62,733 nucleotides of DNA, filler included, from Basidiobolus ranarum (GCA_040143965.1; 32 parts of 32 records of this genome joined end to end with filler, not necessarily neighbours in it); one strand, 5' to 3'; counted from the first letter of the whole stretch, positions 37,227 to 51,319 are shown. The notes: generated by a model from the sequence alone, not told the origin. Translations and numbers: made by a program.

Positions 37227-37871
37227 TGTCACAACAAGGAACTGGACAAGGACTGGAAACAACAAAAAGAGGCTAGNNNNNNNNNNNNNNNNNNNNNNNN
37301 NNNNNNNNNNNNNNNNNNNNTTAATTAATTAANNNNNNNNNNNNNNNNNNNNNNNNNNNNNNNNNNNNNNNNNNNNAAAAATGAATAAAGTAACATCTGG
37401 AGGAGCAATACTACTAGGTTTATTTTGATGTTTCTGAGAATCTCAGGGGGTCGTAATACGTAAGCTGGAGAACAAAAGACAATTTTACCTAAAACGGTTC
37501 TGGCAAGTCTATCGAGATATATCAAGAGAAAAAGTTCAGAAAAACAATAACGAACCAGATACATGGTAATACATCATGAAATTAACCATAGTGAATACCA
37601 AATACAGTTAAATCAGAAACTCGCTTTTCCAATTGAGAATCATTCTACCCAGGTTGTAACCGGATTTGTCCATGATTTTCATTCACTCTGTTTTATCAAT
37701 TAAGAATCACAATCAGTAAGGATCTTTTATTAGCTAGCAATTGTATACAAAGGATATACCTCCCCAGTAAATATTCGTATATATACCAAGATTACTTGCA
37801 ATACTATAACTAACATCATCGTAGAAGCTTCAAATTGGTGTGCGTATACTACAGTTGCATCCAAGGCGCCT

Positions 37872-38813
37872 TCACCAGTAACTTGTATTAAAAGTCGGAG
37901 AAATATTTGACAACGATGAAGGATAATAGAGGTGGTCAGGGTGAAGAGAGAGATCAAAAGTAGCCTCCAAGTTTGATGAGGTATCAGAGAAGCATGAGGC
38001 ATCTAAAGATGATATTAGGGATATTGACGTATCTGAATACTCGAGGGTCTGTATTGCCGACACACTCTCGTATGTTGAATAATCCAAGATTGACAGTTCG
38101 TTTGTTATAGATGTGTAGTATTCAACCATCTTACTTAACACGGCAACCTGTTGTCTCAGTACCTTGCAATTGGAACAGGAGTGTGTGGGTATTTCTGTGC
38201 AAGATGGTTCGTATTCGTCTCGAAATGTTGATTGTGTATGGATCAGTGGATATGAGGATACCACTGGTGGGAACAAGAATGGAGACAAAGAGGAGAGTAG
38301 CAACGGTTTGGTGACTATGGCTGGCATTGCAAAATCCATCACTTCTCTGGAACTGGGATATTTCATACGTTGAACGAGATGATAGAGATTTGGTTGATCT
38401 CGTTTGAAATATTGATGTGAATAGATTATCACCAACGAATCACTATTTTTAGTTCTTCGATCAGATTCTCGGTAGAAGCCATATATCTATTCAACAGATT
38501 AATACTAACTCATTGGAAATAATTCTTCAGCCAAAACGTACGTTTAATTGGCGTGTGAATGAAGCAAGTTTACAAGTCTCGTAGTAATAGGGAAGTACTT
38601 TAGAGGCAAAGTTGACTGGGTCTTTAATGATGAACCTATTTCCCGTGCACTCCCAGGCTATTATATCAGTGTGCTTTGGCTCCGAAAGTATACTAGAATA
38701 AACAAGATCTCAATTTAGTCGAGTTTTTGGGAATTTTTTTAATGTAGCTACTTGGCAAGACTCTGTACGAAAGGAGTCGTACGAGCACAAAATCGATTGA
38801 GTTTTCTCTCCAT
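37872..38813 (-). CDS. HSF-type DNA-binding domain protein, paralogue 2 (275 aa). Exons 38813-38752, 38692-38542, 38486-37872
   Basis: PFVQSLAN/ILSEPKHTDIIAWECTGNRFIIKDPVNFASKVLPYYYETCKLASFTRQLN/IYGFYRESDRR...YSHQYFKRDQPNL. Introns (59 and 55 nt) sit at the same positions as in 21903-22841. Confidence 0.92.
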
Positions 38814-39338
38814 TGCTGAGCTGTAGATGTCAATGTGACAATGCCTGTCTATATACTGAAGGCGTAGGTCCGCCTAGAGCGCTCTAAGATTGACAAGTTA
38901 ATTAGGCTGTATATACATGTATCTGAAACGAGTTATTGTTTTTCATATGCTTGGATACTCCATAATAGAAGTATTTGCCTAACCCGGTTTTCAATCGCTA
39001 TTATAGATCTGACATTTATGTCAGATGTTTGTGTTGCAAGCCACACTTGTGTTTGATGATCTGATATTTGTTGGTGCAGTTTCTGATTTCAGACATGCTT
39101 ACTCCGCCCTTTAATGTTGTTGACTAGGCACTTTATTATAGATGAGTGACTGAGATGGGAGTTTAAGAACATACCAAAAGGAATAGAAGAATACAGCTTT
39201 ACTATTTATGATCTGACCACAATGGAATGATGTAAAAANNNNNNNNNNNNNNNNNNNNNNNNNNNNNNNNNNNNNNNNNNNNTTAATTAATTAANNNNNN
39301 NNNNNNNNNNNNNNNNNNNNNNNNNNNNNNNNNNNNNN

Positions 39339-41199
39339 ACCAGTGATAGATCTTCTGTCCTCAATATCACATCCCCAATCTGCATCACTAAGCCCAATTA
39401 GATCCTTATTAGCATAAGAATATGTGTATCTTAATCCCAGATCAATTGTCCCCTTCAAGTATCTGAAAATCTGCTTAACTGCTGCATAATACTTCAATCC
39501 TGGGTTTTGCACATGTTGGCTGACTACTCCCACCACAAAAAAGACATCTGGCCAGGTTCCAGTCATAGCATAGATCAAACTACCTACAATAGATTGATAA
39601 GGGAACTCAGGGCTTTCAAATGACATGTTTTGAGCCATATTTGGCCAATTTTCCTCTTTTTTGATGGGCTTTTTGACTAGCTCACACCAGGATCCATGGA
39701 GTTGCTATTGGCTTGCAATTCTCCATCTTGTAACATCTGAGAATATCTGAGATGTATTTAGATGGATTCAGAGTAATAGATTTGCGCAATATATCTGTAT
39801 GGATCTGCAGACCTAAAAATATGTAAGTTCACCTAAATTGGTTATCTTGAATTAGATTGACAGATATCTTTTGGCGTTCCTGAGAGCTTCATCATTATTG
39901 GTAGCTATAATCAGATCATCTACATATATGGCAAGAATCACCTTACTGTCCTTATCTGTCTTAAAGTAGATCCCATAATATGCTGTACTCTTTTGGAATT
40001 CAAGTGATTCCAAGTATGTGTTTATCTAGTGTACCAGGCCCTGGGTGATTGTTTAAGTCCCTAGAGTGTTTTTTGTAGCTTACACACATCCTCAGGGTGC
40101 TCAGGATCCACAAAACCATCTGGTTGATCCATGAATACATCCTCTTTCAAGTCCCCATTCAAAAAACAGTTTTAACATCCATTTGATGGATTTTAAGCGG
40201 TGTTTCACTGCAACTGCTAGTATGGTTCTGATGGAATTAAACTTTGCTACAGGAGCAAATGTTTCATTGTAGTCCAGTTCTTACATTTGAAGGTATCCTT
40301 TGGCTACAAGTCTGGCTTGATATCTTTCTACAGATCCATCAGCTTGCTATTTAACTCTAAATACCCATTTACGTGCAATTGATTTTTGGTCATCAGGTAA
40401 CTTAACTAAAGTCCAAGTTTGGTCATCTATAAGTGACTGATACTCCTCTGCCATTGCAACACTCCAAAACTTTGTGTTGGGACTCTCCATAGCCTGCTGT
40501 ACTTTTTTGGGTTCATTGGAAAAGGCTAAATTAGCACCAGGCTCCTTTTGGCTAGTGTGAGAGTAGTAATCAGGTGGAGATCTCCAATTGGATCTCTTAA
40601 GATGGAAATTGGCACTACAACTTCTGGTACCAAATTAGGCAATAAAACCAACTCAGGCTTGGTTGAGGAGACTGCAGGTGAGAGATTTTTGTTGATTTTC
40701 TCACTGATCAAGATCTGGTGATAGAAAGCAGAATTTTCATCAATTTTTTGTTGTGTTTCTTGATCCTGGATTGTTTTGATTGAATGTTTTTCTTCATCCA
40801 CAAATTCCATGTCCCTGGACTTAATTAGCCTCTTTTTTCAGTGTCATATAGCCTGTACCCTTTTGTTCCATCACAATGTCCCAAAAAAAGACATTTCTGG
40901 CTTTTTTGGCCAATTTTGATCTCTTCTGGTCTGGAATCATTGCATATGAGGTACTTCCAAAAACCCCGGGATTAGCCACATCAGGTTTACTTCCAAACCA
41001 AGCTTGATAAGGTGTCCTAGCCAATAGAGACCTAGAAGGACATTTATTCCTAATATATACTGCAGTTGCAACCAATTCAGCCCAGACCAGTTTTGATAAA
41101 TCTTGATCAAGAAGCATTGATCTTGCCTTTTCCATTATTGATCTGTTTGCACATTCTACTACTCCATTCTGCGGTGGAGAATATGGCACTGTAGTCTGC
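39339..41199 (-). mobile_element. Copia-C pol (integrase to RT), decayed
   Basis: PYSPPQNGVVECANR, LAIYVDDLIIA, FPYQSIVGSLIYAM, SDADWG. Integrase-before-RT order indicates Copia. Confidence 0.95.
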
Positions 41200-42743
41200 N
41201 NNNNNNNNNNNNNNNNNNNNNNNNNNNNNNNNNNNNNNNNNNNTTAATTAATTAANNNNNNNNNNNNNNNNNNNNNNNNNNNNNNNNNNNNNNNNNNNNT
41301 TGATTGTCACTTTGTTTAGATTAGTATTTAAGCTAAATAAAGTCCACACCATCTGGTACTTTTCATCCCCCCCCTATAACATAATTCAGCACCTCCTTCC
41401 TACCGGTATTTAATCCTAACTATCAGTAAGGGGGTTTTGTTGCAGACGTTAAACCATGGACTCTCATCCTCGAGTTTGAGTCCATAGATGATCAATTGCG
41501 CTCTTGACGGAGACAAATCGCAAATATCAACTCTATAGTCCAGGAGTACCTTAGCTCCGATCTAGATATTCTTCAGAAAAGGTCGTTCATTCAATTGTTG
41601 ACTGAAACTGGAAAAAAACTTGGCTCAATTAATCCCAGAAGAATTTTCAGTGTCTTCCGTGAACATGATGGAGTTGAGATAGCGTCTATTAAAGAAAGGC
41701 CAGCTTACCTTTGTAGATATAGAGTAGAATGCCCATATAGTCTATCATGAACATGGTTTAATTTTGAGTCTTGATGGTGATAATTGAGGTGTATCAAAGA
41801 ATCTCTTACTAGAGTATGCATTACAGCTAAAGGACGTGATTCAAATTCTGATGACGTAGCTATATCATGGATCTATTTTCTTGTCATAATGAGCTGAGCA
41901 TAATCATCCAAAGCGTCTAGTACATTGATATTTACCTTACCACGTAGTCAAGTCTACTTGCAAGTTGGGATTGTACAACATGAGAATAATTTCCACTCCA
42001 ACTTTGATGAGTATATCAGTAAAACCATTTAATCCTGATCTCTCTGCTGCTAACTCTTCCACAACAGATGAATGTGCAACAGGCTGGGGGAATTATCCAG
42101 TAATGATATATTGGAAATCAAACCCATTATTCTATGAGGTATAGAACAGAGACCTAGCTCGCTTAATGGAAAAAAGAACAGTGAGAGTGGCTTAGAGAGA
42201 AGTAGACCAAAAGTTTTAACAGCTCACTAGTTGAGCATCAGTAATTTTAAGTAGTTCAAATGGATTTTTTCCAAATCAGTATGCAATAGATCCTGTTTGT
42301 TTAGCTTAAATCTACGCTGGAAATAAATATTTATTGATCGGCAAATTGACTCCTCTTTCTAGAATCAATTATTCACTTATAGATTGGCCATCACCCAAGA
42401 CTCGCGACCTAAGTTCAGAAGTATTCTACCATAAATACGAATTCCAGAACTACACCTTGTAAATGTTAAAACTATTTTTGAATCCTCTCCTTATAGACAG
42501 CAACTTCCATATATGGCAACTCGGATTGAATCGAATCTCTCTTAAGATTGAGATTCAACGTGGAAGTCAAGTCCCATACCTTCAATGAAACGCCTGTATC
42601 TTAAAGGAAAAAGGTAGACTGGGGCCCGAATGGGAATTAATGATTGGATTGACAGTTGATATGAAGTCCTGCCTTAAGCTATATAAGAAGTAAAGTAACC
42701 AAGTCCGAACAGTATAAGCATTCGACAATAATATATATTCAGC

Positions 42744-43160
42744 ATGGTTAAATTCACTTCCATTCTCTCCTGCGCTACCCTTGGAGCCGTCACCTTGATT
42801 CCAATGTTCGGGGCCCTTCCGACATCAACTAAAGAGGCCGGCCAAGCTGTCCAACATTCCCAGATCAACAATGTGAAGAGTAAGTTGGAAAGTATTACCA
42901 ACTTTGCTTCATGCTCACTAGATCATCGTTACAACAATGGTGAATGCACCGATTGGGCCGATGCTCGTTACTACCAACTCACATGCCAACACACTTCTTG
43001 GATGGGTGATGCTCGTACCTGGACTAGCAGTGCTCGCGGTGCTGGTGGTTGGACAGTGTCCAGTCAACCACGAGTTCCCTCCATCATTGTGATTCAACCC
43101 GGGTATCAAGGTTGTGGGGCCACTGGACATGTTGGTGTTGTTGAGCGAATCAACAGTGAT
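42744..43160 (+). CDS. Secreted CHAP-domain amidase/peptidase, 3'-truncated
   Basis: Signal peptide, then YNNGECTDWA (catalytic Cys), WMGDARTW...A...GWTVSSQPRVPSIIVIQPG and GHVGVVERIN (catalytic His). TATATAA at 42680. Confidence 0.92.
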
Positions 43161-43527
43161 NNNNNNNNNNNNNNNNNNNNNNNNNNNNNNNNNNNNNNNN
43201 NNNNTTAATTAATTAANNNNNNNNNNNNNNNNNNNNNNNNNNNNNNNNNNNNNNNNNNNNTTGCCACAGTATATTCCCTATTCAGTATATTATGTTTCAC
43301 CTTGCAATAGCTATATAAGCCCCATGTATTTCTTGATTAGACCTCAGTCTGATCAATGCCAGTTATCAATAAAGATTCTTGCCAAAGTATCTTCCTTGTC
43401 AAGTCTTGTCTTGTCTTGTCTTGTCTTGTTTTGTCTTGTCTTGTCTTGTGGTCTACACCCAAGTACTCTCCTGCCTTCTAGCCTCTTGTCATTGTTCCCA
43501 GTCATTGTCCAGTTCCTTATTGTGACA

Positions 43528-44750
43528 ATATGAGACTTCCAACTGCACAACTGTAAGGAATATGCTTCATGATTACAATATCTTCAGAGGTTTTTGGTTC
43601 CATATCCTTAGTGAGTTTCAGCTTCATAGTGGATTTGAAGCTGTTTTACATTCTGACATTATATATCTGATTAAAATATCTCCAATATATTTTTCTTGTA
43701 TGATACTGAGTGTTCCAAAATTGGGATTTTGAAGTATCTGCATTCCTAGATAATATGCTAGTGATCCAAGATCTTGCATTTCAAACTTGGTAGTTGGCCA
43801 GGTCTTAATTTGTTTCATCAGATTTGAGTAACTACTAACTATTATGATATCATCATGATAGAGTGCAATTATGCCTTTGGTGGCTTTGATAGTCATGATG
43901 TATATGAAGTGATCAACTTTGCTATGAAGGAAAAGATGTTTCATGAAGATTGGATTGTTTTTTAATATTCCATGTGCAAGGAGCCTGTGTCAGACCACAT
44001 AGACTTTTGAGTAGTTTAAGTACTGGTTGCTCATATTCATTTCCAATATATCCCTTTGGGTGATCCATATATATATCTTCATCAATTTCTCCATTAAAAA
44101 TGCTGTCTTGACACCCATTTGTTCAATCAGTAATTCTTGGTGGGTGGCAAAATCCAAGATTACTCTGATTGAGAAAAACTTAGCACCAGGAGAAAACATT
44201 TCATCACAGGCAATGCCATGTCTCTGAGGATGACAGCCTTTCACTACTAATCTTGCTTTGTACTGGTTGCTAGATCCATCTGAGTTAAGTTTCAGCTTCA
44301 GCACACATCCATTAGCAATAGTTTTTCTTTTAGTAGGTAAGTTCACAAGAACTCATGTATTATTCTTGATTAGAGAGCATATTTCATCATCAGTGGCTTT
44401 TCTCCATTCTGTTGTTTCATCAGATTTCAACACTTGTGTCAAATTTTCTGATTCAGAAAATGCTATATGTGCAGATATACTCCACCCTTTTTCTCAATTG
44501 AATCTGTTGATTTCACAATCCAATTTGAGACATCCAAAGTCCTTAGTAGAATGGTGAGATGTTTTACATACAAGATGTTTCCAATTTCCAATCAGTGTGA
44601 TATCTGAGACCTAATTGCCCAAACTTTATGATTGATTGAATACTTATTGTGAGTGATTACATACTTCTAATAAATGAATGCATCCACTATCAGCCTTATT
44701 GACAGTAGAATATTTCTTAGGTAAACAATTGGTCAGAAAGTTATTGCTTG
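43528..44750 (-). mobile_element. Copia RT, decayed (further family)
   Basis: YKARLVVKG, QMGVKTAFL, IALYHDDIII, FEMQDLG...YYLGMQI. Confidence 0.87.
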
Positions 44751-45220
44751 TTTGTGACCCCAACTTCCTAAATCCTGATTGGCAGGAGAAATATCCATTT
44801 ACTGATTACCATAATTTGCATTGGCAGAGACAATATGCTGATTTCCACAAGCTAGTTCCAAATTAGCAGTATCCTCAGTGTAATTATCAGGTTTTCCAGT
44901 ACAAATTGGTACATTTCAAGTGTTGCCTAATGTTTCACTACATGTATTGCTGCTTGATTCCAGAATATCATATAATAGTTTGTTCTCCTTGGTCTCAGTG
45001 CTTGTAGTGAAGTTTGAGACAAGATTATTGTTTGTTGGTTTTCTGCTATGAATAATCACTACAGGGATTGGTAATGCTCTGAGCCTTGTCATATATTCAT
45101 AAGTTGCTGATGTATTAGACNNNNNNNNNNNNNNNNNNNNNNNNNNNNNNNNNNNNNNNNNNNNTTAATTAATTAANNNNNNNNNNNNNNNNNNNNNNNN
45201 NNNNNNNNNNNNNNNNNNNN

Positions 45221-45328
45221 TGACAAAACTATAAATGTCAACTTTCTACTCAATAAATCAACAAGTGAAAACCACCAATTCCTCTAATTCTCCAAACCAC
45301 TTCCAACAGGCTCCCAAATACTTTAACA
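45221..45328 (+). mobile_element. LTR-A 3' end inserted in a CACTA-like transposase
   Basis: Ends CCAAATACTTTAACA. Confidence 0.88.
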
Positions 45329-46431
45329 GTTTAATTACTGAAGGATTATAAGTCATACAATCAACAAGTATTTTTCACTTATACCAGGTCTGTGGCAAGC
45401 AACAGTTGCCAATCAACTGTAGTAAAAGTGTAAGAAAACCAATACACACCTGGTTGCTAAGATTGGTTTGAACTCTCCACTCCTCAATAATCAGAGCTGC
45501 TTCCTTTACTACAAGTGTTATGAGTGGACTAATGTTTGCCAATAACATAGAGTCCATAACAAAACCATTGTCTCTTCTTCAACTTGTGATATACTACCAT
45601 CAGTACTGGAATGACCAAGGTCAACATCTAGCAGCAAGTCCTCAAAGTTGTATGCACTTACTGGCTCAACCAAAGTTGCATTTCTACCTACATCATTCTG
45701 GTATATAACTGTGGTAACTCCATAGTATATCCACTTTTGGCAGTGTTATCAAAACTTTAAGGCAGAGTACAGCCAGTGGACTCTGTGAGCAAAACTAAAG
45801 TTGATTTTGTGCACTTAATGCTGTTGATATTCACCAGGCTTTGTGCAGGTGGTGGTTTTGTACAGTGACCATGCTTGTGATTATTTTTTCTATGAAGCCT
45901 CTGGCTTTCATAGCACAAGAATTTGTGACAATAATAGCAGGGCTACTTTAAATGTTTGTGTTGCGGCATGAGAAGGATATTGAAGAAAAAAGAACACCTC
46001 CTATGTAAGGGTGGTATTTTAGGTATAGCCCATCAATCTCATGAGCTGATTCTGAGATGATGTCACAGATGAGTAATCAGGGGATTAACAAGATATTTCC
46101 AGTAATGGATAGCAATTTTGGTTTATTATAAGCTGTTTCTAAGCAATTTCATTAAACCAAGTTTACCATCTGAAAATTTCAATGCCATTCAAAAGGTGTT
46201 CAAAATCTGTATCAAAATCAGCTTGCAAGCCAAAGCCTGCTTTCACAAAAGGAAAAAAACCAGCAAGAACAGGGGACTTAGTTGATGAGCAGTCTGGCAA
46301 TCCACTATCCACTATGGAAGGCCTTAACATGCCAGAAACTAACTCAAGTAATGATGAAGCATTAATCAATTTACCAGATGTGATCCTTTCCAGCCATAGT
46401 GCAAGTGAAGAGATTGTAATCCCCCAATTAC
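45329..46431 (-). mobile_element. CACTA-like transposase 5' part and divergent ORF2 (plus, from 46182)
   Basis: Colinear with 4205-5292. Confidence 0.85.
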
Positions 46432-47080
46432 TATTGGGAAAATATGGGCGGTTTGGAGGAACTTTAGAAAAGTGGAGTTATGAATAGCTTTGTGAGATTT
46501 GACTAAGTAATGTTAAGTAACTTATATGTGATATATGAAATAGTTAGGTGTATAAAGATAGAGATAACAATTATGATAAAGACAATAAACTTCAATACTC
46601 CCACTCAACTAAATATTCATATATCCTAATCCTGACTTAAATCTTAATTCTTCAAATTTAGGCTTGGGTAATGGTTTGGTAAGGATGTCAGCAATCATGT
46701 CCTCAGTTGGACAGTACTCCAGTTTGACATGCTTATTCTCAATAGCTTCCCTAACAAAGCAATGTTGAATATCAATGTGCTTACTTATACCATGAAATTT
46801 GGGATTTTTAGCTAAAGAAATACAACTTTGATTATCCTTGAAAATTATGGTGGGTGAACTTTGAATAGTGCCCAAGTCTTTGAGCAGTTTTCTTGACCAC
46901 ATAGCTTCCTTTGTTGTATGTGATGCTGCCATGGACGCTGCTGCAGTTGTTGTAAGTGCTATGGTGGGTTGTCTCTTGCTAATCCAAGATATTGCTTCTT
47001 CACTATAGGGAAAGGCATATCCGGTGTTAGAGGTTCTGTCCGGAAAATCACATCCCCCATCTGCCTCACTTACCCCAATT
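46432..47080 (-). mobile_element. Copia-C RNase H and internally deleted 3' LTR-C (46432-46597)
   Basis: RNase H is near-identical to 35504-35827. The LTR lacks its central ~210 bp. Confidence 0.9.
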
Positions 47081-47180
47081 NNNNNNNNNNNNNNNNNNNN
47101 NNNNNNNNNNNNNNNNNNNNNNNNTTAATTAATTAANNNNNNNNNNNNNNNNNNNNNNNNNNNNNNNNNNNNNNNNNNNN

Positions 47181-49038
47181 TGGCTAAAACAATAATATTG
47201 TATATCTTGATCTATCTCACCAAGATATCTGTCTTCCAGCTTTCCTAAAAATACCATCAGACTATCACACAAGCAAATTAGTCCAATTATAGAGGTACTA
47301 ACTTAGTGTTCATGGATTGGGTTTTGTTGCTGATATTGTGCTCAGACAATATGAAATCCCATGTGCACATTGAAAAGAGCCCTTTGTTGGCAGATTAATA
47401 TCCACTGGAGTCTCCTTAACCCATTGCATTATATCCATCACTGATTTTGCTGATACATTGTTAATAGTAGTAATGTATGTTGTAGTGTAGGAAAGGGGTG
47501 TTAACTTAAATATTCAGTAATAAAGCTTAATCCCACTACAAATCTCCAGCAAAGCTGAATTTTTTATACTGGAAGCTTAAAAATATTGAAAGGAGATATA
47601 TTCATAACTCTATCTTTAAAGGGTAAAGACACACTTTAGTATGTCAATAGCTTGAAGACTTTATGAGAAAAGATTATTTCTGATAATAGAACTATCAAAA
47701 ATCCTCAATACTACAAGGATAGATAAAACTCTGGTGGTTTCTCTAACTTGAAGTCTGAAGAAAAAGATATAGCTCTTTTGAGATTGGCAAATACTTTGAC
47801 CAAGAGTTGGATAAATTCTATGGCTGTGAAAGTGAAGATAACTATGAAAGAAGCTATACTGCAATCTTCAATAGTCAAGCCTAGTTGAGTTGCAATAGGA
47901 ATGTTTATTATCTTACTATGATACAAGCTAAAATATCTAGTTAACAAAAGGATAAAGAATATGGTGCAGTTTTGGATGGTGCTAAGGCTAGAAGCTTTGT
48001 CAATAGGGGGAAGGGTTTCTTATATAAAGAAACAGCTTAGAATAAATGCTATGAGTGGGTGGCTTAGCATCAAAGTGCCAATAATATCACTAAAATGGCA
48101 GCTGCGGCTTTCAAACTTTGAACACATTGGCACCAAGTACTGTTTCAGATCTGTGCAAAATTGGAAGAGAATCCAATGGCTGGCTCAAATGTTAGCACTA
48201 ATTTCATAAGCATCTTTAGGTTTGGAATTCCCGTGTTCCAAATATATGCTAGTGCTGATTTTTGAGTTGGCAATTTTAACATGATTGTAGCTCCACTACT
48301 AATTGACCAAATCTTATGATTTTTGCATGGTTGCAAGGCTCTAATTCCAGAGTTTTTGATTGTGATTTGACTTACTATATTCAATCAAGTTTTAATGTAA
48401 CTATGAGCAATTGAATTTTCTTGTTCTTTTTCTTGATCTGTAAAATATTATAAGATAGCAATAGATAACCTTCTTCCTACCTAGTACATGCAATATATGA
48501 TTGGAATAATTCCAACACTACAACGGTAATACTGACAATCTCACACAGAGCGTCATTTCACTGCAGGTGTGCTCCATTGGGAAATCCCAGAATGTATAGC
48601 AAGGGCCTATAATCTCTAAGCATTGTGAAAGATGCAGCAGGGAACCTATTGAATACTGGGATGGATTCAGTCTATCTTCTTTAAATCTGTAATAAAGTTT
48701 TTCATATCTAATTACAAAATCTTTGCACAGTCACAGTATCTACCTGAGATCTGCCATTGTGAGTTGATGCATTAAGATTATATTAACAATATCCACAAAC
48801 AACTCCTAATGTTGCCAATACTTATCAGGCAGAAATCTTTTCAAAATTCCACTTGAATATATACAAATCCAATACTTCCAGTCTGTGCATTTGAATAAAC
48901 GCCTAGATGAGTGGATGTTGATAGCAGTCCTGGTAAAATATGATGGTATCTTGACATTCTCAATCATTTTCTTAATTGATTTTAGCTTTGATCCTATCTC
49001 AAATGGCTCATTCATATTGAATTTTCCACTATATAGCT
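47181..49038 (-). mobile_element. CACTA-like transposase 3' part, split by a ~1.05-kb insertion (47478-48525)
   Basis: 47181-47465 and 48526-49038 are consecutive parts of 9900-10705. Confidence 0.85.
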
Positions 49039-50058
49039 NNNNNNNNNNNNNNNNNNNNNNNNNNNNNNNNNNNNNNNNNNNNTTAATTAATTAANNNNNN
49101 NNNNNNNNNNNNNNNNNNNNNNNNNNNNNNNNNNNNNNATCTGCTAGTTTGTGACTTACCCATTATTGAATGTGAAACAATAAACAATTTACACTATAAT
49201 TTACCCAATCAAATGTGTAACCAAGACATTCAGTTGCTTTTAGGCCAATCATTTGTCTCTCACCCACATAATATCCTGATCATCAATTAGGCCCAATGGC
49301 CCCTACAATATGAAAAACCAGTAGTTTTGGCACACTGGTGACATATCACAGCACTCAATGATGGATTGATCTGCAATATGATAGTATTGATCAGGATCAC
49401 TTTATTCAGCATTCTTAGATCAGCATATTATTCATTAAGTCATGTAAGTTTTCAATTGGGTGAGAATATGAACAAATTGACCCATACCAAGCCAATATGG
49501 CTGCACAAGCTTTTTATTGACAGATATATTTGATTTAGTTGTAGTGAAATCACATGTGTTAATAGGCTATCATTGATTTTTTTGATAGATGACAATTTCA
49601 CACTATCAATGTTTCATAAATACATAAGCAATCAAGATTGAACTAAAGTGATTTATGCTATATTTAAATGTGATCCCTATCCATTACACATGATTTGTTA
49701 AACAGTAAAGATAGGATAATGTAAGTATTAATAAGAGCATTGAGCAGTTGCACAGGCTTGAAGAGATACATGCTGATTTGCATCTGTTATTTTTGTTGTC
49801 TCCTTGACATTTCCCCAGAAGGAACTTTGCTTGAATCTCTGCATTGGGTTGGTTGGTTTGATCCTGTTGAAGTTCCTCTACCTTAGCCAGTAAGAATTGT
49901 GGCTTGAGGTTGATGCACTGTGGTATGCATTGGCTTGTCTGGTCTAGATTGCAGTTTGTTTGAATCTACATTTTCTTCTTCAGATGTGGAGCCTTCACTT
50001 AATGGGTCAACCAGCCATTGCTGCTGGCATGCACCTCAACATGTTGACCAGGAGTGCC

Positions 50059-50440
50059 CTACTTGAGGTTTGTTCTTAACAGTTTTTGATTCTTCAACCA
50101 TGGTAGAAGCTTCATCTCTTTTGACTGGCTGTGGCTGTGGTTACATGGCAGTATATGTTGGAGCAAGTCATCTACCCAGAGGGTTGTGTTTAGCAGTTCT
50201 TGCCTCTTCAACCATGGTGAAAGCTTTGTATCTTTTGACTGGCTGTGGCCATGGTCACATGGCAGTATGTGTAGCAACAAGTTGTCTACATTGTGGTTTG
50301 TGCATGGTGATTATTGCTTCTTTAACCACAGTAGAAGCTTCCTCTCTTTTGACTGGCTGCCATGACCTCTGTTGCATGGCAGAACACAATGGAACAAATT
50401 GTCTACCTTGAGGTTTTTGTTTGACTGTTGTGGCTTCTTC
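50059..50440 (-). repeat. Tandem repeat of about 3.3 units (114, 114 and 117 nt) within a decayed low-complexity ORF
   Basis: Units start at 50091, 50205 and 50319. The minus-strand peptide is QPVKR.EAST.V.EA....KP..R.L. Confidence 0.8.
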
Positions 50441-51319
50441 AAGCTTAGTGAGAGCTTCTCTATTTCTCTCAAACACCCATTGTCTTGTTCTTGTCAAGGT
50501 ATGCATTGTAATGTATTGCTCTTTTAGTATATTACTCTCAGTTACCGGATCTTCATCCAACACAGTGGAAGGTTCAATAATTCTTGCAGTTGGCCTTTGT
50601 TGCTGTTACACAGTAGTGCATGTAAACTGGTATGTCTGTCTAGTGGCATGCTCCTTGGAGCTGACTCTTCTCCAGATGAAAAAAAGCTCACTGGTTGGTT
50701 TTGTTGAAGCAGGTAAAGTGTGCACAATGATGCATGAAAATGCGGGCCATGCTCTTTCTGGATCTTCATTGACTGGTTGCTTGTCATCAAAATTGGGAGA
50801 AAAATCATGGACTCTTCCATGCTGGCATTGTTGTCAATGTGTACTACTAGCTGATGAACAACTTGTTGGGCTCTTGCCTTTATTGAGGATGTTACCTCAA
50901 TTCTAGTGATGAGTTGTGTAGATTCTTGTTGTGAAATAGATACCTTGTCAGGAGTCTCTTTGATTTGGAGTGATGTAGTACATTTGTATAATAGACNNNN
51001 NNNNNNNNNNNNNNNNNNNNNNNNNNNNNNNNNNNNNNNNTTAATTAATTAANNNNNNNNNNNNNNNNNNNNNNNNNNNNNNNNNNNNNNNNNNNNTTAT
51101 GTTTCACCTTGCAATATCTATATAAGCACCATGTATTTCTTGATCAGACCTCAGTCTGATCAACGCCAGTTATCAATAAAGATTCTTGCCAAAGTATCTT
51201 CCTTGTCTTGTCTTGTCTTGTCCTGTCTTGTCTTGTCTTGTGGTCTACACCCAAGTACTCTCCTGCCTTCTAGCCTCTTGTCGTTGTTTCCAGTCCTTGT
51301 CCAGTTCCTTATTGTGACA

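Noticed and set aside
43261-43550. Recurrent small ORFs with SCLVL / KTRQD repeats (also 1472, 1644, 7142, 13824, 19763, 51131)
   Set aside because: These are translations of LTR-D and its variable (TCTTG)n microsatellite. The frames differ between copies.
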